A stretch of DNA of 21,070 nucleotides, taken from positions 1 to 21,070 of the forward strand of contig NW_021823862.1 of assembly GCF_006345805.1 (NCBI RefSeq). Direction: 5' to 3'. Source of the stretch: Octopus sinensis. Taxonomy: Eukaryota. Of this stretch, positions 10,202-19,760 are shown piece by piece (position 1 is the stretch's first letter; every line of letters starts with the position of its first letter). The notes under the pieces are model-generated. The model was given only the letters and a program-made list of their open reading frames with translations, did no database searches and was not told where the DNA came from. The position numbers and the translations under genes are program-made.

Positions 10202-10419
10202 AAGGCAGCGAGCTGGCAGAATCGCTAGCACGCTTGGCGAAATGCATAGCGGTGTTTCGCACGTTACTACGTTCTGATTTCAATTTCTGCCGAGGTCGAT
10301 TTTGCCTTTCATCCTGTCGGGGTCGATAAGATAATTACCAGGGATACACTGGGGTCAATGTAATTGATTAATTCCCTCCCCCGAATTTCAGACTTGTGCC
10401 TTTAGTAGACAGGATTATT
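10202..10419 (+). mobile_element. tRNA-derived SINE (type A), near full length
   Basis: AAGGCAGCGAGCTGGCAGAATCGCTAGCAC head; GTTCTGATTTCAATTTC B-box region; GAGGTCGATTTTGCCTTTCATCC...CTGGGGTCAATGTAATTG core; ...GTAGACAGGATTATT followed by a (TTG/TTA)n tail. Homologous to 11841, 12885 and 13107. Confidence 0.88.
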
Positions 10420-10432
10420 GTTGTTGTTGTTG

Positions 10433-10474
<42 letters not shown>

Positions 10475-10481
10475 TTATTAC

Positions 10482-10547
<66 letters not shown>
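10414..10547. repeat. (TTG)n/(TTA)n microsatellite (SINE tail and 3' flank of the LINE)
   Basis: Direct reading. Confidence 0.95.
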
Positions 10548-10992
10548 TTATGTTTGACTTTTGCTTTGCATTTATACAAGTTGGCTCCAAATCTCACCCA
10601 GAGACCTCAAGAGACAGCAAGTTGGAAGTTGATATTGGTGTTATACCTAGGGTGCCATATGTTTAGCTTTGTACATAGTGTTGTTCTAGAGAATGTTTAA
10701 GAAACCATAAGAAAATTGTGTTTGTTTTAAAGCTTGACATTACATAGAGAGTACATTGCGTAGGATATGAGCAGTTCCCATGAGCACTATCTTTTGAATT
10801 TCTGCCATTTTGGGGTTTCCTGATATCTGAATTAGGTAGCCATCAGCCCCTTTTGCTATCATTTCTAGGGCACCTATGACAACAGGTATGGTTTTAGTCT
10901 TCAGGTTCCACATTTTGCTGATTTCTACTTCAAGATCTTTATACTTGCTCAGTTTTTGGTAGGTCTTGACAGATACGTTTATATCGATTGGG
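10546..10992 (-). mobile_element. 5'-truncated R4/Dong-like non-LTR retrotransposon (C-terminal restriction-like endonuclease end plus 3' UTR)
   Basis: 83 uninterrupted codons (10991-10743): PIDINVSVKTYQKLSKYKDLEVEISKMWNLKTKTIPVVIGALEMIAKGADGYLIQISGNPKMAEIQKIVLMGTAHILRNVLSM*. This matches the R4-clade C-terminus (K..KY.DL..EI...W...IPVVIGALG...IQK..L.GTA.ILR.VL). A ~190-nt 3' UTR follows, then a (TAA)n tail; (TAA)n is also on the 5' side. Confidence 0.85.
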
Positions 10993-11063
<71 letters not shown>

Positions 11064-11083
11064 CTTCATCATCATCATTATTA

Positions 11084-11126
<43 letters not shown>

Positions 11127-11317
11127 TATTATTATTATCATTATCATTATTAATATTATTAGTATTATCATTATTATTATTATTTATTATTTATTATTAT
11201 TATTATTGTTGTTTTTATTATTATTATTATTATTATTATCATTCTTCTTCTTATTTTTATTATTATTATTATTATATATTATTATTATTATTATTATTAT
11301 CATTATTATTATTGTTG

Positions 11318-11362
<45 letters not shown>

Positions 11363-11410
11363 TTTATTATCATTATCATTATTGCTTATCATTATCATTA
11401 TTATAATTAT
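10993..11410. repeat. Long (ATT)n microsatellite with ATC/TTG variants
   Basis: Direct reading; explains ORFs 10956-11413 and the poly-Ile N-terminus of 10740..11171. Confidence 0.96.
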
Positions 11411-11755
11411 TAAGGCTGTTTCTGTTATTGCTTTTATTTTTATCAACATCTAATTTTTTTAAAAATTTGAATCATCACTGCTATTACTAATGTTCTTGTT
11501 ATTGTTTACTCGTTTGCGTCTATGATATTTTTTCTTACCTAAGGACTGCCATACCCCCATCCCCACCCCTCACCACGTCCGCCGCCGTTTTTATCGTATT
11601 TTCTTCAGCTATCTCTTTATTATTGTTGTTGTTGCTCTACATTTTGGTGGATAAGAAGGAAATGACAACCGTCATTCTTTGATGTGTTTTCTTCATATAT
11701 TTTTATTAACAATAGAATACACCTCCACATCGTTTTTTTCCCTGCTATTAATTCG

Positions 11756-11804
<49 letters not shown>

Positions 11805-11840
11805 TATTATTATTATTATTATTATTATCATAATTCTTAT

Positions 11841-12006
11841 AAGGCGAACTGGCAAAATCGTTAACACACTGGACGCGGTATTCGCGGTATTTCGCCCGTC
11901 GTTACGTTCTGTGTTCAAAATCCAGCTGAATATTGGGGTCGATGTAATCGACTTAACCCCTTCCCCCAAATTTGAGACCTTGTGCTTTCAGTAGAAAGGA
12001 TTATTA
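11841..12006 (+). mobile_element. SINE type A with an internal deletion
   Basis: AAGGCGAACTGGCAAAATCGTTAACAC head; GTTCTGTGTTCAAAATCC joined directly to TATTGGGGTCGATGTAATCGACTTAA (the GAGGTCGA..CATCC segment is missing); ends ...GTAGAAAGGATTATT; flanked by (TTA)n on both sides. Confidence 0.85.
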
Positions 12007-12021
12007 TCATTATTATTATTA

Positions 12022-12059
<38 letters not shown>

Positions 12060-12297
12060 GTTGTTGTTGTTGCTGCTGCTGCTGCTGCTGCTGTTGATGT
12101 TGATGCTATTATAATCATCATCACCATCATCATCATTATTATTATTATTATCTATGTATATATTCTTTGTTTTTTATTGTATACCGTGTATACTTACGTT
12201 TTTTTAATCATTTCCTTATATGTAACCCTACCCCATATTTAATGTCTGTCTTTGTATTGTTCCCTTAATCCTTCGCCCTGGTGGCAAATAGATAATC

Positions 12298-12495
12298 ATT
12301 ATGATTATTATTATTATTGTTGTTGTTGTTGTTGTTGCTGTTATTATTGTTGTTGTGGTTGTTGTTATTATTATTATTGTTGTTATTGTTGTTATTATTA
12401 TTATTGTTGGTGTTGTTGTTGTTATTATTATTATTGTTGTTGCTGTTGTTATTATTATTATTGTTGTTGTTGTTATTACTGGTGTTGTTTTATTA
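12298..12495. repeat. Mixed (TTG)n/(TTA)n microsatellite
   Basis: Direct reading. Confidence 0.95.
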
Positions 12496-12839
12496 CTCAA
12501 ATTGAATTAGTTGTCATTTCATTTTCTTTTGTCAACTACTTAGACATTTTTTGTCATTTATTGTTACTACTACGACTGCTACTCTTAGTAATTCCTTTTC
12601 CTCTTCCGCCTCTGATTCTCTCCTTCTTTTTCATCTTCTTGCAGTGTTATTGTTTTCGTCGGCACCTCCACCATCGCCGCCGTCCTCATTATCTTTGAAT
12701 TCGTCGTCGTCAGCACCATCGTCATCAGCATTACAATATTCCTTTCCTCATCATAAAAGTTTTCACTCGCTCTTCTTTCACTCCTCCCGCTGCTCCTCCT
12801 CCTCCATTAATTCCGAGTACCACTAACTCCGCCACTCCA

Positions 12840-12871
<32 letters not shown>

Positions 12872-12884
12872 CTATTTCTTTATT

Positions 12885-13103
12885 ACCCATAAGGGGCTAA
12901 ACACAGAGGGTACAGACAAGGACAGACATAGGTATTAAGTCAATTACATCGACCCCAGTGCGTAACTGGTACTTATTTAATCGACCCCGAAAGGATGAAA
13001 GGCAAAGTCGACCCCGGCGGAATTTGAACTCAGAACGTAACGACAGACGAAATACGGCTACGCATTTCGCCCGGCGTGCTAACGTTTCTGCCAGCTCGCC
13101 GCC
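12885..13103 (-). mobile_element. SINE type A, well preserved, alternative 3' end
   Basis: Minus head GGCGGCGAGCTGGCAGAAACGTTAGCACGCCGGGCGAAATGC...GTTCTGAGTTCAAATTCCGCCGGGGTCGACTTTGCCTTTCATCCTTTCGGGGTCG. Its 3' end (..TGTCCTTGTCTGTACCCTCTGTGTTTAGCCCCTTATGGGTA) differs from the 10202/11841 copies; a (TAG)n run follows on the minus strand (12839-12871). Confidence 0.9.
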
Positions 13104-13106
13104 AGT

Positions 13107-13318
13107 TTTCAGGTTCTGATAGAAGGCCACCAATTTTGACTGGAGGTTGTTTGGTGAATGGAGACCATCGATCCCAGCACATAAGTAGCACTTCATTAAG
13201 TCAGCCTCGGAATGAGGAACGGCAGAGTTGACCTCGTCATGACTGGAAATGAGAAGCTAAAGAAACAGAGTAAATACCGCAAGGCACTTTTTCCGATGCA
13301 CTAACAATTCTGCCATTT
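13107..13318 (-). mobile_element. Older decayed SINE type A, head-to-tail with the previous copy
   Basis: Minus head AATGGCAGAATTGTTAGTGCATCGGAAAAAGTGCCTTGCGGTATTT; core GAGGTCAACTCTGCCGTTCCTCATTCCGAGGCTG...GTGCTGGGATCGATG; CAAAATTGGTGGCCTT tail. Confidence 0.7.
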
Positions 13319-13679
13319 CAAAACTACTACAGCTGCCGCTGCTTATACAATGATATTTATTTTTTTACAAGACAAAAAAATTTAGCCTTAAATTGAAATG
13401 CATTTTTAGCTCTTATTGTCACAGAAATATTTTAGCTTCAACTACAATTATTCTTTTTCTCTTTAAAGATGACTAAACCGTGAGCAAGCGACAACTTAAA
13501 ACAATGAAAATCAATCAGAAAATGAAGACGCACCTAACAAAAACTATTTACGTCTAAGTTTATTTTTTCTTCGTTAAATTAAAATATAATATTTAAATAC
13601 AAAATCCAGAAAAAATGATAAAGTATAGAAAAAAAAGAAGAAAATATATGGACCTCGTAAAGTTATCTTTCATTCTTTG

Positions 13680-13905
13680 CCCTCCATCTTATTGTCAACA
13701 ACTTCCGTTTTTCTCTACTTCACTTCCGCTTTTTCCATAATCTACAAGTAGCAGACAGCCGGAAGCGATTTTTACAGCTACCGCCATTATCATCTTTTGT
13801 TTATTTAGAAAATTCTTTTTTTCTCCATTCTTTCTAATATCAAATTGAAAACGTTTGTCGCACATAATTACCCGTAAAAGGAACTACGTTTTATTGAGTG
13901 AGTAA
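13680..13905. promoter_or_regulatory. Candidate promoter: clustered ETS and YY1-like motifs
   Basis: ACTTCCG at 13701 and 13722, CCGGAAG at 13759, CCGCCATT at 13781 and CCTCCATCTT at 13681, all within ~110 bp of a TE- and microsatellite-free island; donor-like GTGAGT at 13898. Motif evidence only. Confidence 0.4.
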
Positions 13906-14459
13906 AAAAAAACCTTCTTAAAACAAAAATATAATCCATTAATACACAGATACTGTAATGTGGACCGCAAACTAAATTCAATTAGCAACATCAGAGAACG
14001 TTTTAGGCGTATTTTTAAGAGCAATTCTAAATCTAAATGATTTTTAACAGATTACAAGCAATTAACAACACAAACACACGTCACTACACAGATACTAACA
14101 CACACACACACAGACATACACACACAAACACATGCATACAAACAGTCACAAACATGTACAAAGGATTCAAACAATCGGTTCACAAACAAAGGCAAATATA
14201 CATAAACGAAAAAATAAACAACGAACGCACAATAGTACTCGAATACGAAAGGCAGAGTAATACACTACACTACTAAAGACGAAGCAAGCCTTACAAAATG
14301 TTATTCAGTTTTATGTGATCTTTCGTCAAACATAACTGTTTGATGAACGGTCACGTGAAATTCTGTGTAACAGTTTGTGAAGTTTTTCCGCTTTTAATAA
14401 AATAGCATACACACACACACAGACACGCACACAAATACACAAACACTAACTCACACATA

Positions 14460-14778
14460 TATATGTATGCATGTATGTATGTATTTACGTATGTATGTAT
14501 GTATGCATGTATGTATGCATGTACGTATGTATGTATATACGTACGTATGTATGTATGTATGCATGTATTTATGTATGTACGTATGTATGTATGCATGAAT
14601 GTATGTATGCATGTATGTATGTAAGTATGCATGTATGCATGTATGTATGTATATATGTATGCATATATGTCTGTATGTACGTATGTATGCATGTATTTAT
14701 GTATGTATGTATGCATGTATGTATGCATGTATGTATGTATGTATGCATGTACGTATGTATGCAGGCATGTACGCACAT
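14460..14778. repeat. (TATG)n tetranucleotide microsatellite with CATG/TACG variants
   Basis: Direct reading; explains ORFs 14351-14875. Confidence 0.95.
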
Positions 14779-14794
14779 GTACTCTGGTTGTCCT

Positions 14795-15100
14795 CCCCTC
14801 TCGAAAGTAATGCAAATATGGGCATAATGTTTTTATTGGTAAAGATTGTTTAAATCGTAACCCTTCCCTAAACAAAATAACGACTCATCATAGGCACATA
14901 TTTGCACCATCGTTGAACTCAACGTTTGTATCCTCTTCGAAAGGGTTCTCGTGTGCACTGTCGTAGCGTCTTCTTCACAACCATTTCCACATCTTCTGCG
15001 TCAAGTTTTTCTTCCCCAAACTTGTGCTTAAACAGATCGCACAGAGGGAAGTTATTAGGTGTGGCTGTATGGCGGATGGGATGTAGACGAGTTGTAATGG
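14795..15100 (-). mobile_element. Highly decayed mariner transposase C-terminal fragment
   Basis: HPPYS is encoded at 15078-15064 (CAT CCG CCA TAC AGC). After a frameshift: PNNFPLCDLFKHKFGEEKLDAEDVEMVVKKTLRQCTREPFRRGYKR*VQRWCKYV, comparable to the mariner PSDFHLFGPLK.HLGG.RF..D.EVE.EV.KWLRQ....G...LV.RW.KCI. GAAAGTAATGC near 14802 may be a TIR remnant. Confidence 0.65.
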
Positions 15101-15247
15101 CAGATAATACGCCACTGACGGATCCACTGTTGCAATTGCTTGGTTTGTTGGCAAAGATATTTCTGGTTACACATAGCCATGGAGAATCAGGATCGTTTTC
15201 AATAAAATAAAATAACATATATATATATATATAGATATAATAACAAA

Positions 15248-15580
15248 GGGTAAAATTAATTAATTAAGAAGTAATCAATAATTTCACCAAGTAGAATTCG
15301 GCATGAAAAAAGACCATTTCACGGTAAGCTTAAGTAATACTTTATAATTAGGGTTCAGCAAAGATTTGCTTTATCACATACCGAAGTTTAGAAATAGCAG
15401 TCAAAAAACCTTAGCTATTTCTTCTACTTTAAAAAGGGACTCCCAGAAAAACCAAAATACTTGAAAACAATCTACGCAAGCAGAGAGGAAAAATAACGAA
15501 AATTAATCCATATCTGGCCACCCATGTACGCGCGTTTCGGAATTAGATCGGTATAAAGAATATAGAATTATACTTTACCC
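15248..15580. mobile_element. Unclassified interspersed repeat (second partial copy at 18743-18860)
   Basis: 15341-15470 aligns to 18743-18860 (TTATAATTAGG(G/T)TTCAGCAAA..CACATACCGAA(G/A)TTTAGAAATAGCAG(T/C)CAAAA..TAGCTATTTC..CTCCCAGA). Weak inverted ends GGGTAAAATTAATT / rc GGGTAAAGTATAATT give the tentative boundaries. Confidence 0.55.
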
Positions 15581-16444
15581 AACCATTTTCGTTCATCACC
15601 ATGGGACTCCAACAATATTAATATTAAATATTAAATTCGAAGGTACTGGAAGAATTGAATATATCTCTCCACCTAACGGTATCAGACAGATCATATTCAG
15701 TGTTAGTGCCGCTGAATTCAAAATACGAATGAGGTTCATCACCTTCCCCTGCCCATCAGCGCGTGATATATAGGTGCTGAGCTTTTGGCTGTATGAAACA
15801 GTATACTTTGGAGACTCCCGCGTCGCAAAGATCATACAAGTACATTGATGTTTTAGGCTGAGACATACAACACGAATTTTAGTATCAGTCAAGGGTAAAG
15901 GAAGACAAATATACCTAACTGCATGTCTTATGCCTACCGAATTGGCCTTTTGAGTAAATGCATGTAATATAGATAAGTTGGAGTTGTCAGAAAAACGAGC
16001 AAATTTGCACATAATTACAATCTGTAACTCGAACGGTGAATATATGCAAGAATTTTCTTATGAAATTTTGAGATCATTTTTTATCTCTATTCCAAAAATG
16101 TAGCTTTGTATCTCAGAATCTCTGACGCTCATAGGTACGTACAATCACGAATACATACTTACACACATACAGACACACAAATACATCTACATGTATAAAC
16201 GTATGTATAAATAAATGCATTATTCATTTCTGTTGAAATTAATAGAACGTAACAAAGTTTTATTTATTATTAATAGCGACAGATCCATTAAACCAAACCT
16301 TGTTGACTCGGATATTCTTATTTATCTTTGTGGTTTTCTAAACAGGGCTTGTTGAATTGGATGTGTTGATCAACCTTAAAAACCCAGGCAGCTCTTATAT
16401 GCAGCATACGTGTGTGTTATACATGTGTGTATGATCCTTGGATT

Positions 16445-16457
16445 ACACACACCACAC

Positions 16458-16502
<45 letters not shown>

Positions 16503-16559
16503 CACACATAATATATAGAAGAGTATAGATAGATAGATAGATGTAAAGTATATTTATGC

Positions 16560-16590
<31 letters not shown>

Positions 16591-16675
16591 CACATATATA
16601 TGTGTATATATATACATACACATATATGTGTGTACAAATATATATATATATAAAGTTATATTATATTATTATATA

Positions 16676-16771
<96 letters not shown>

Positions 16772-16805
16772 ATATATATATATATTATATATATATATTT
16801 ATATA

Positions 16806-16842
<37 letters not shown>
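16445..16842. repeat. Compound (CA)n-(TAGA)n-(TA)n-(GA)n microsatellite with a long near-pure (TA)n run
   Basis: Direct reading; (TA)n run at ~16680-16770. Confidence 0.95.
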
Positions 16843-16966
16843 TGAATTCTTTTCGAACTTATATAGATGTGGAAAAAAGCTTTCTAAACCAGGTTAACCG
16901 AAATGTTCGCTTCGTCCATCGCCATTGGTCAACAACATAACCTCTTTTTCTCCCCCTTCCTCCACC

Positions 16967-17112
16967 TCTTCTTCTTCTTCTCCTTCTTCTTCTTCTTCTT
17001 CTTCTTCTTCTTCTTGTTCTTCTTCTTCTTCTTCTTCTTCTTCTTCTTCTTCTTCTTCTTCTTCTTCTTCTTCTTCTTCTTCTTCTTCTTCTTCTTCTTC
17101 TTCTTCTTCTTC
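16967..17112. repeat. (CTT/GAA)n microsatellite, ~48 units, two interruptions
   Basis: Direct reading; explains the poly-F/S/K ORFs 16903-17187. Confidence 0.97.
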
Positions 17113-17354
17113 AACATCATTATCATCGTCAGCACTTGCAGCCGATGTCTAACCAATACAGTCGTGAACCAACATTATCTCCCCTAATTTCAGTAAATTT
17201 CATTACATCGCATCTTTTATAGTTTCCCACCAGATTATCATCACATTTCTATAGATTCAACAATCACAGTTTGCCTATTTACCAATGACAAATCCATTAT
17301 TTCTGCTCTTTATTGTACCTTTCTAGACACGCAGCACAATAATACAAATCTCAA

Positions 17355-17495
17355 TGAATTGGCCTAGCAGTTACTACGTCACAAAGATTGCTCTGTCGTA
17401 TCTGTTCTGCTTTTCTGCGCACCGAGTTCAAATTCGCTTTTCATCTTTTTTATGTCGATCGATGAAATTTCATTCCAGTACTGGGATCGACTTTT
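17355..17495 (+). mobile_element. Possible very decayed SINE type A remnant
   Basis: GAGTTCAAATTCGCTTTTCATCTTT (17424) and CAGTACTGGGATCGACT (17476) occur in the same order as in type A copies. Confidence 0.4.
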
Positions 17496-18681
17496 TCTTG
17501 CTCTCTCTCTCTGATTCTCTGTCTGTTTCTCTTTCCCTGTCCCCTTCTCTCTCTCTCTCTCTCTTTCTCTGTATATAATAAGGAAGAACAAAATAATCTG
17601 TTTTGATCAGACCTGAAGAATGACAGGTTAGAACAAGTTTCAGGCTGGTAATATCAGCAAAGTTATTTAGTAAGTGCGTTTGAGGTAAACCAGAATTAAA
17701 TAAGCATGCGCTGTTTGGAAAGACAGAGTTGAAGCGAAAATTTCGCAATGCAAAAATGGAATGGTTTGGGATCTGGTTGTTGAGCTTTAACTCCCGCTAA
17801 GATATACTTATAAAATGCGGACACGATGAGAAAGTTTCACTCTTAGTATTTATACAGTCCCTCAAGGTTCTCTTCAAATAAGCATAAGGAATAGATCTTT
17901 GGTGTTATCTTATAAAGGATCTTCCATTAGATCTTGTTCTTGTTGTCCATGTCATTGAGTCTCCTGATTAATGTTGAAAGTGAGTGTGTATGTCTTTTCC
18001 CAGGGTACCTTTTCAAATATACCACCAGATGAAGAAAGATACGTGATTCTACAGCTAGTTCTAGAAATTAAATACTTAAATCTAATAGGTGGGTGGAAAG
18101 AGGGATTATTAATATATTTTACATTTTTAGATCTTGTACAAATTAGATCTTAGGTCTGAGGAAACACTTAAAATCCCATCCTGAGGTTAGTATCGATAGA
18201 ACTAAAGGTGTTTTCAGAAAGCGCTTTTTCTGTGTGGTTCTTGTTAATAATATCTTTACTCTCTTACCTGGTTGAGTGTGATACAACTTGTTGAACTTCA
18301 TACAACACGAATAGAGATAGAGAGAGAGAGAAAGAGGGAGCAAGAGAGAGAAAGAGGGAGCGATAGAGCGAAAGTGAGAGAGAGACGTACACACACACAC
18401 ATACACACATACACATATATGTATATACATTTTCGAAAATAAGCAGAAAACAGCTGTGGTTTTAAAAACTTTATAGGACACACGCATGTTTCCTTAAAAT
18501 GCCGAAATACATAATATTATGCAATCAAGTAATTCAATTCACCTCATTAGTGTCCCGCCATAACTACAATAATCTATCTTGAAACCCCAACATATACACA
18601 TTTGTCTGTTATGGAAATTATTAAAGCCACATAAGTAGCAGTCAAAGCGTCAAATCCAGAAATTCCGACCGATGCCATACC

Positions 18682-18713
<32 letters not shown>

Positions 18714-18720
18714 TATAATC

Positions 18721-18920
18721 ATTCTTATAATTATGAGTATAATTATAATTAGGTTTCAGCAAAAAATTTGATTCACCACATACCGAAATTTAGAAATAGC
18801 AGCCAAAACTAGCTATTTCTCTACCATAAGAAAATCTCCCAGATATCAATACTCAACAACGAGTTACCTCCATGAGTTGTTGACTATTATTATTATAATT
18901 ATACTCATAATTGTAAGAAT
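18721..18920. mobile_element. 200-bp MITE-like element with 29-bp AT-rich TIRs inside (TA)n
   Basis: ATTCTTATAATTATGAGTATAATTATAAT (18721-18749) vs rc of 18892-18920, ATTCTTACAATTATGAGTATAATTATAAT: 28/29 identical. (TA)n lies on both sides; the interior is homologous to 15341-15470. Confidence 0.65.
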
Positions 18921-19084
18921 TTATATATATATAAATCTCTGTTGATTCAGCAGAAACAATAAATGAAAGGACTCAATAGAAATGTAGAGTATTTTTTAAA
19001 TATATTATAATGGAAATTCTCCGATTTTTCCAACGACAGATCATTGAGACAAACGTAGCTTTTCAATTATGAAGTATTGTGTAT

Positions 19085-19170
19085 GTGTGTGTACGGATAG
19101 ATAGATAGACAGACATACGGACAGACAGACAGACCACAGACAGACAGACATACAGACAGAAGATAGATAG

Positions 19171-19213
<43 letters not shown>

Positions 19214-19265
19214 GCATAGATAGATTAGATAGATAATAGATATAGATAGATAGACCGAGAGATAA
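19085..19265. repeat. (AGAC)n/(AGAT)n tetranucleotide microsatellite
   Basis: Direct reading. Confidence 0.94.
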
Positions 19266-19512
19266 GATATAAATATTGAGGAAATGCAAAGCAAAACCAA
19301 AGCAGGACGAGTATCTTAGGTCATTTTTGTTTTTGTTGTCCCATCCTACCTAGGTTCTGATCCCAGGCTCCAGCCTCAGTTGTGATCTTAGAACCTAAAG
19401 GATGACAAATTACACCACTTACGCAGCGTACCTATTAGTTTAGATCACCAGTGAATTTAACTCCTCATATTCTTTATATATGTGTATGTATGTGTGTGTG
19501 TGTGGTGTGTGT

Positions 19513-19760
19513 GGAGGCGCGTGACTTAGTGGTTAAGGTGCAGGATTTATACTTATAAGATTGTGGTTTCGATTCCTGGACCGGGTGGTGTGTTGTGTTC
19601 CTGAGCAAAACACTTCATTTCAGGTTGTTCCAGTCCACTCAGCTGGCAAAAATGAGTAATCCTGGAACGGATCGGTATCCTGTTCGGGAGGAGAATTTAT
19701 GCACCATTGAAAACGGAAAACTGGCCCTTATGAGCCTGGCATGGTTTCAAAAGGAAACAT
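19513..19760 (+). mobile_element. tRNA-derived SINE sharing the type C head but with a different body
   Basis: GGAGGCGCGTGACTTAGTGGTTAAGG...GGTTTCGATTCCTGGACCGGG...CTGAGCAAAACACTT aligns with the minus-strand head of 8142-8526, then diverges (CAGTCCACTCAGCTGGCAAAAATGAGTAATCCTG...). Confidence 0.75.

Noticed and set aside
11553-11590. G-quadruplex on the minus strand
   Set aside because: Only three G-runs of three or more bases are present; a canonical four-run motif is not met.
12897-13196. 99-aa minus ORF (and the similar GSELAESLAR peptide in 10033..10329)
   Set aside because: The recurring peptide is simply the translated SINE consensus, not a conserved protein domain.
14351-14875. 174-aa His/Thr/Tyr-rich repeat protein
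   Set aside because: It is the translation of the (CATA)n microsatellite.
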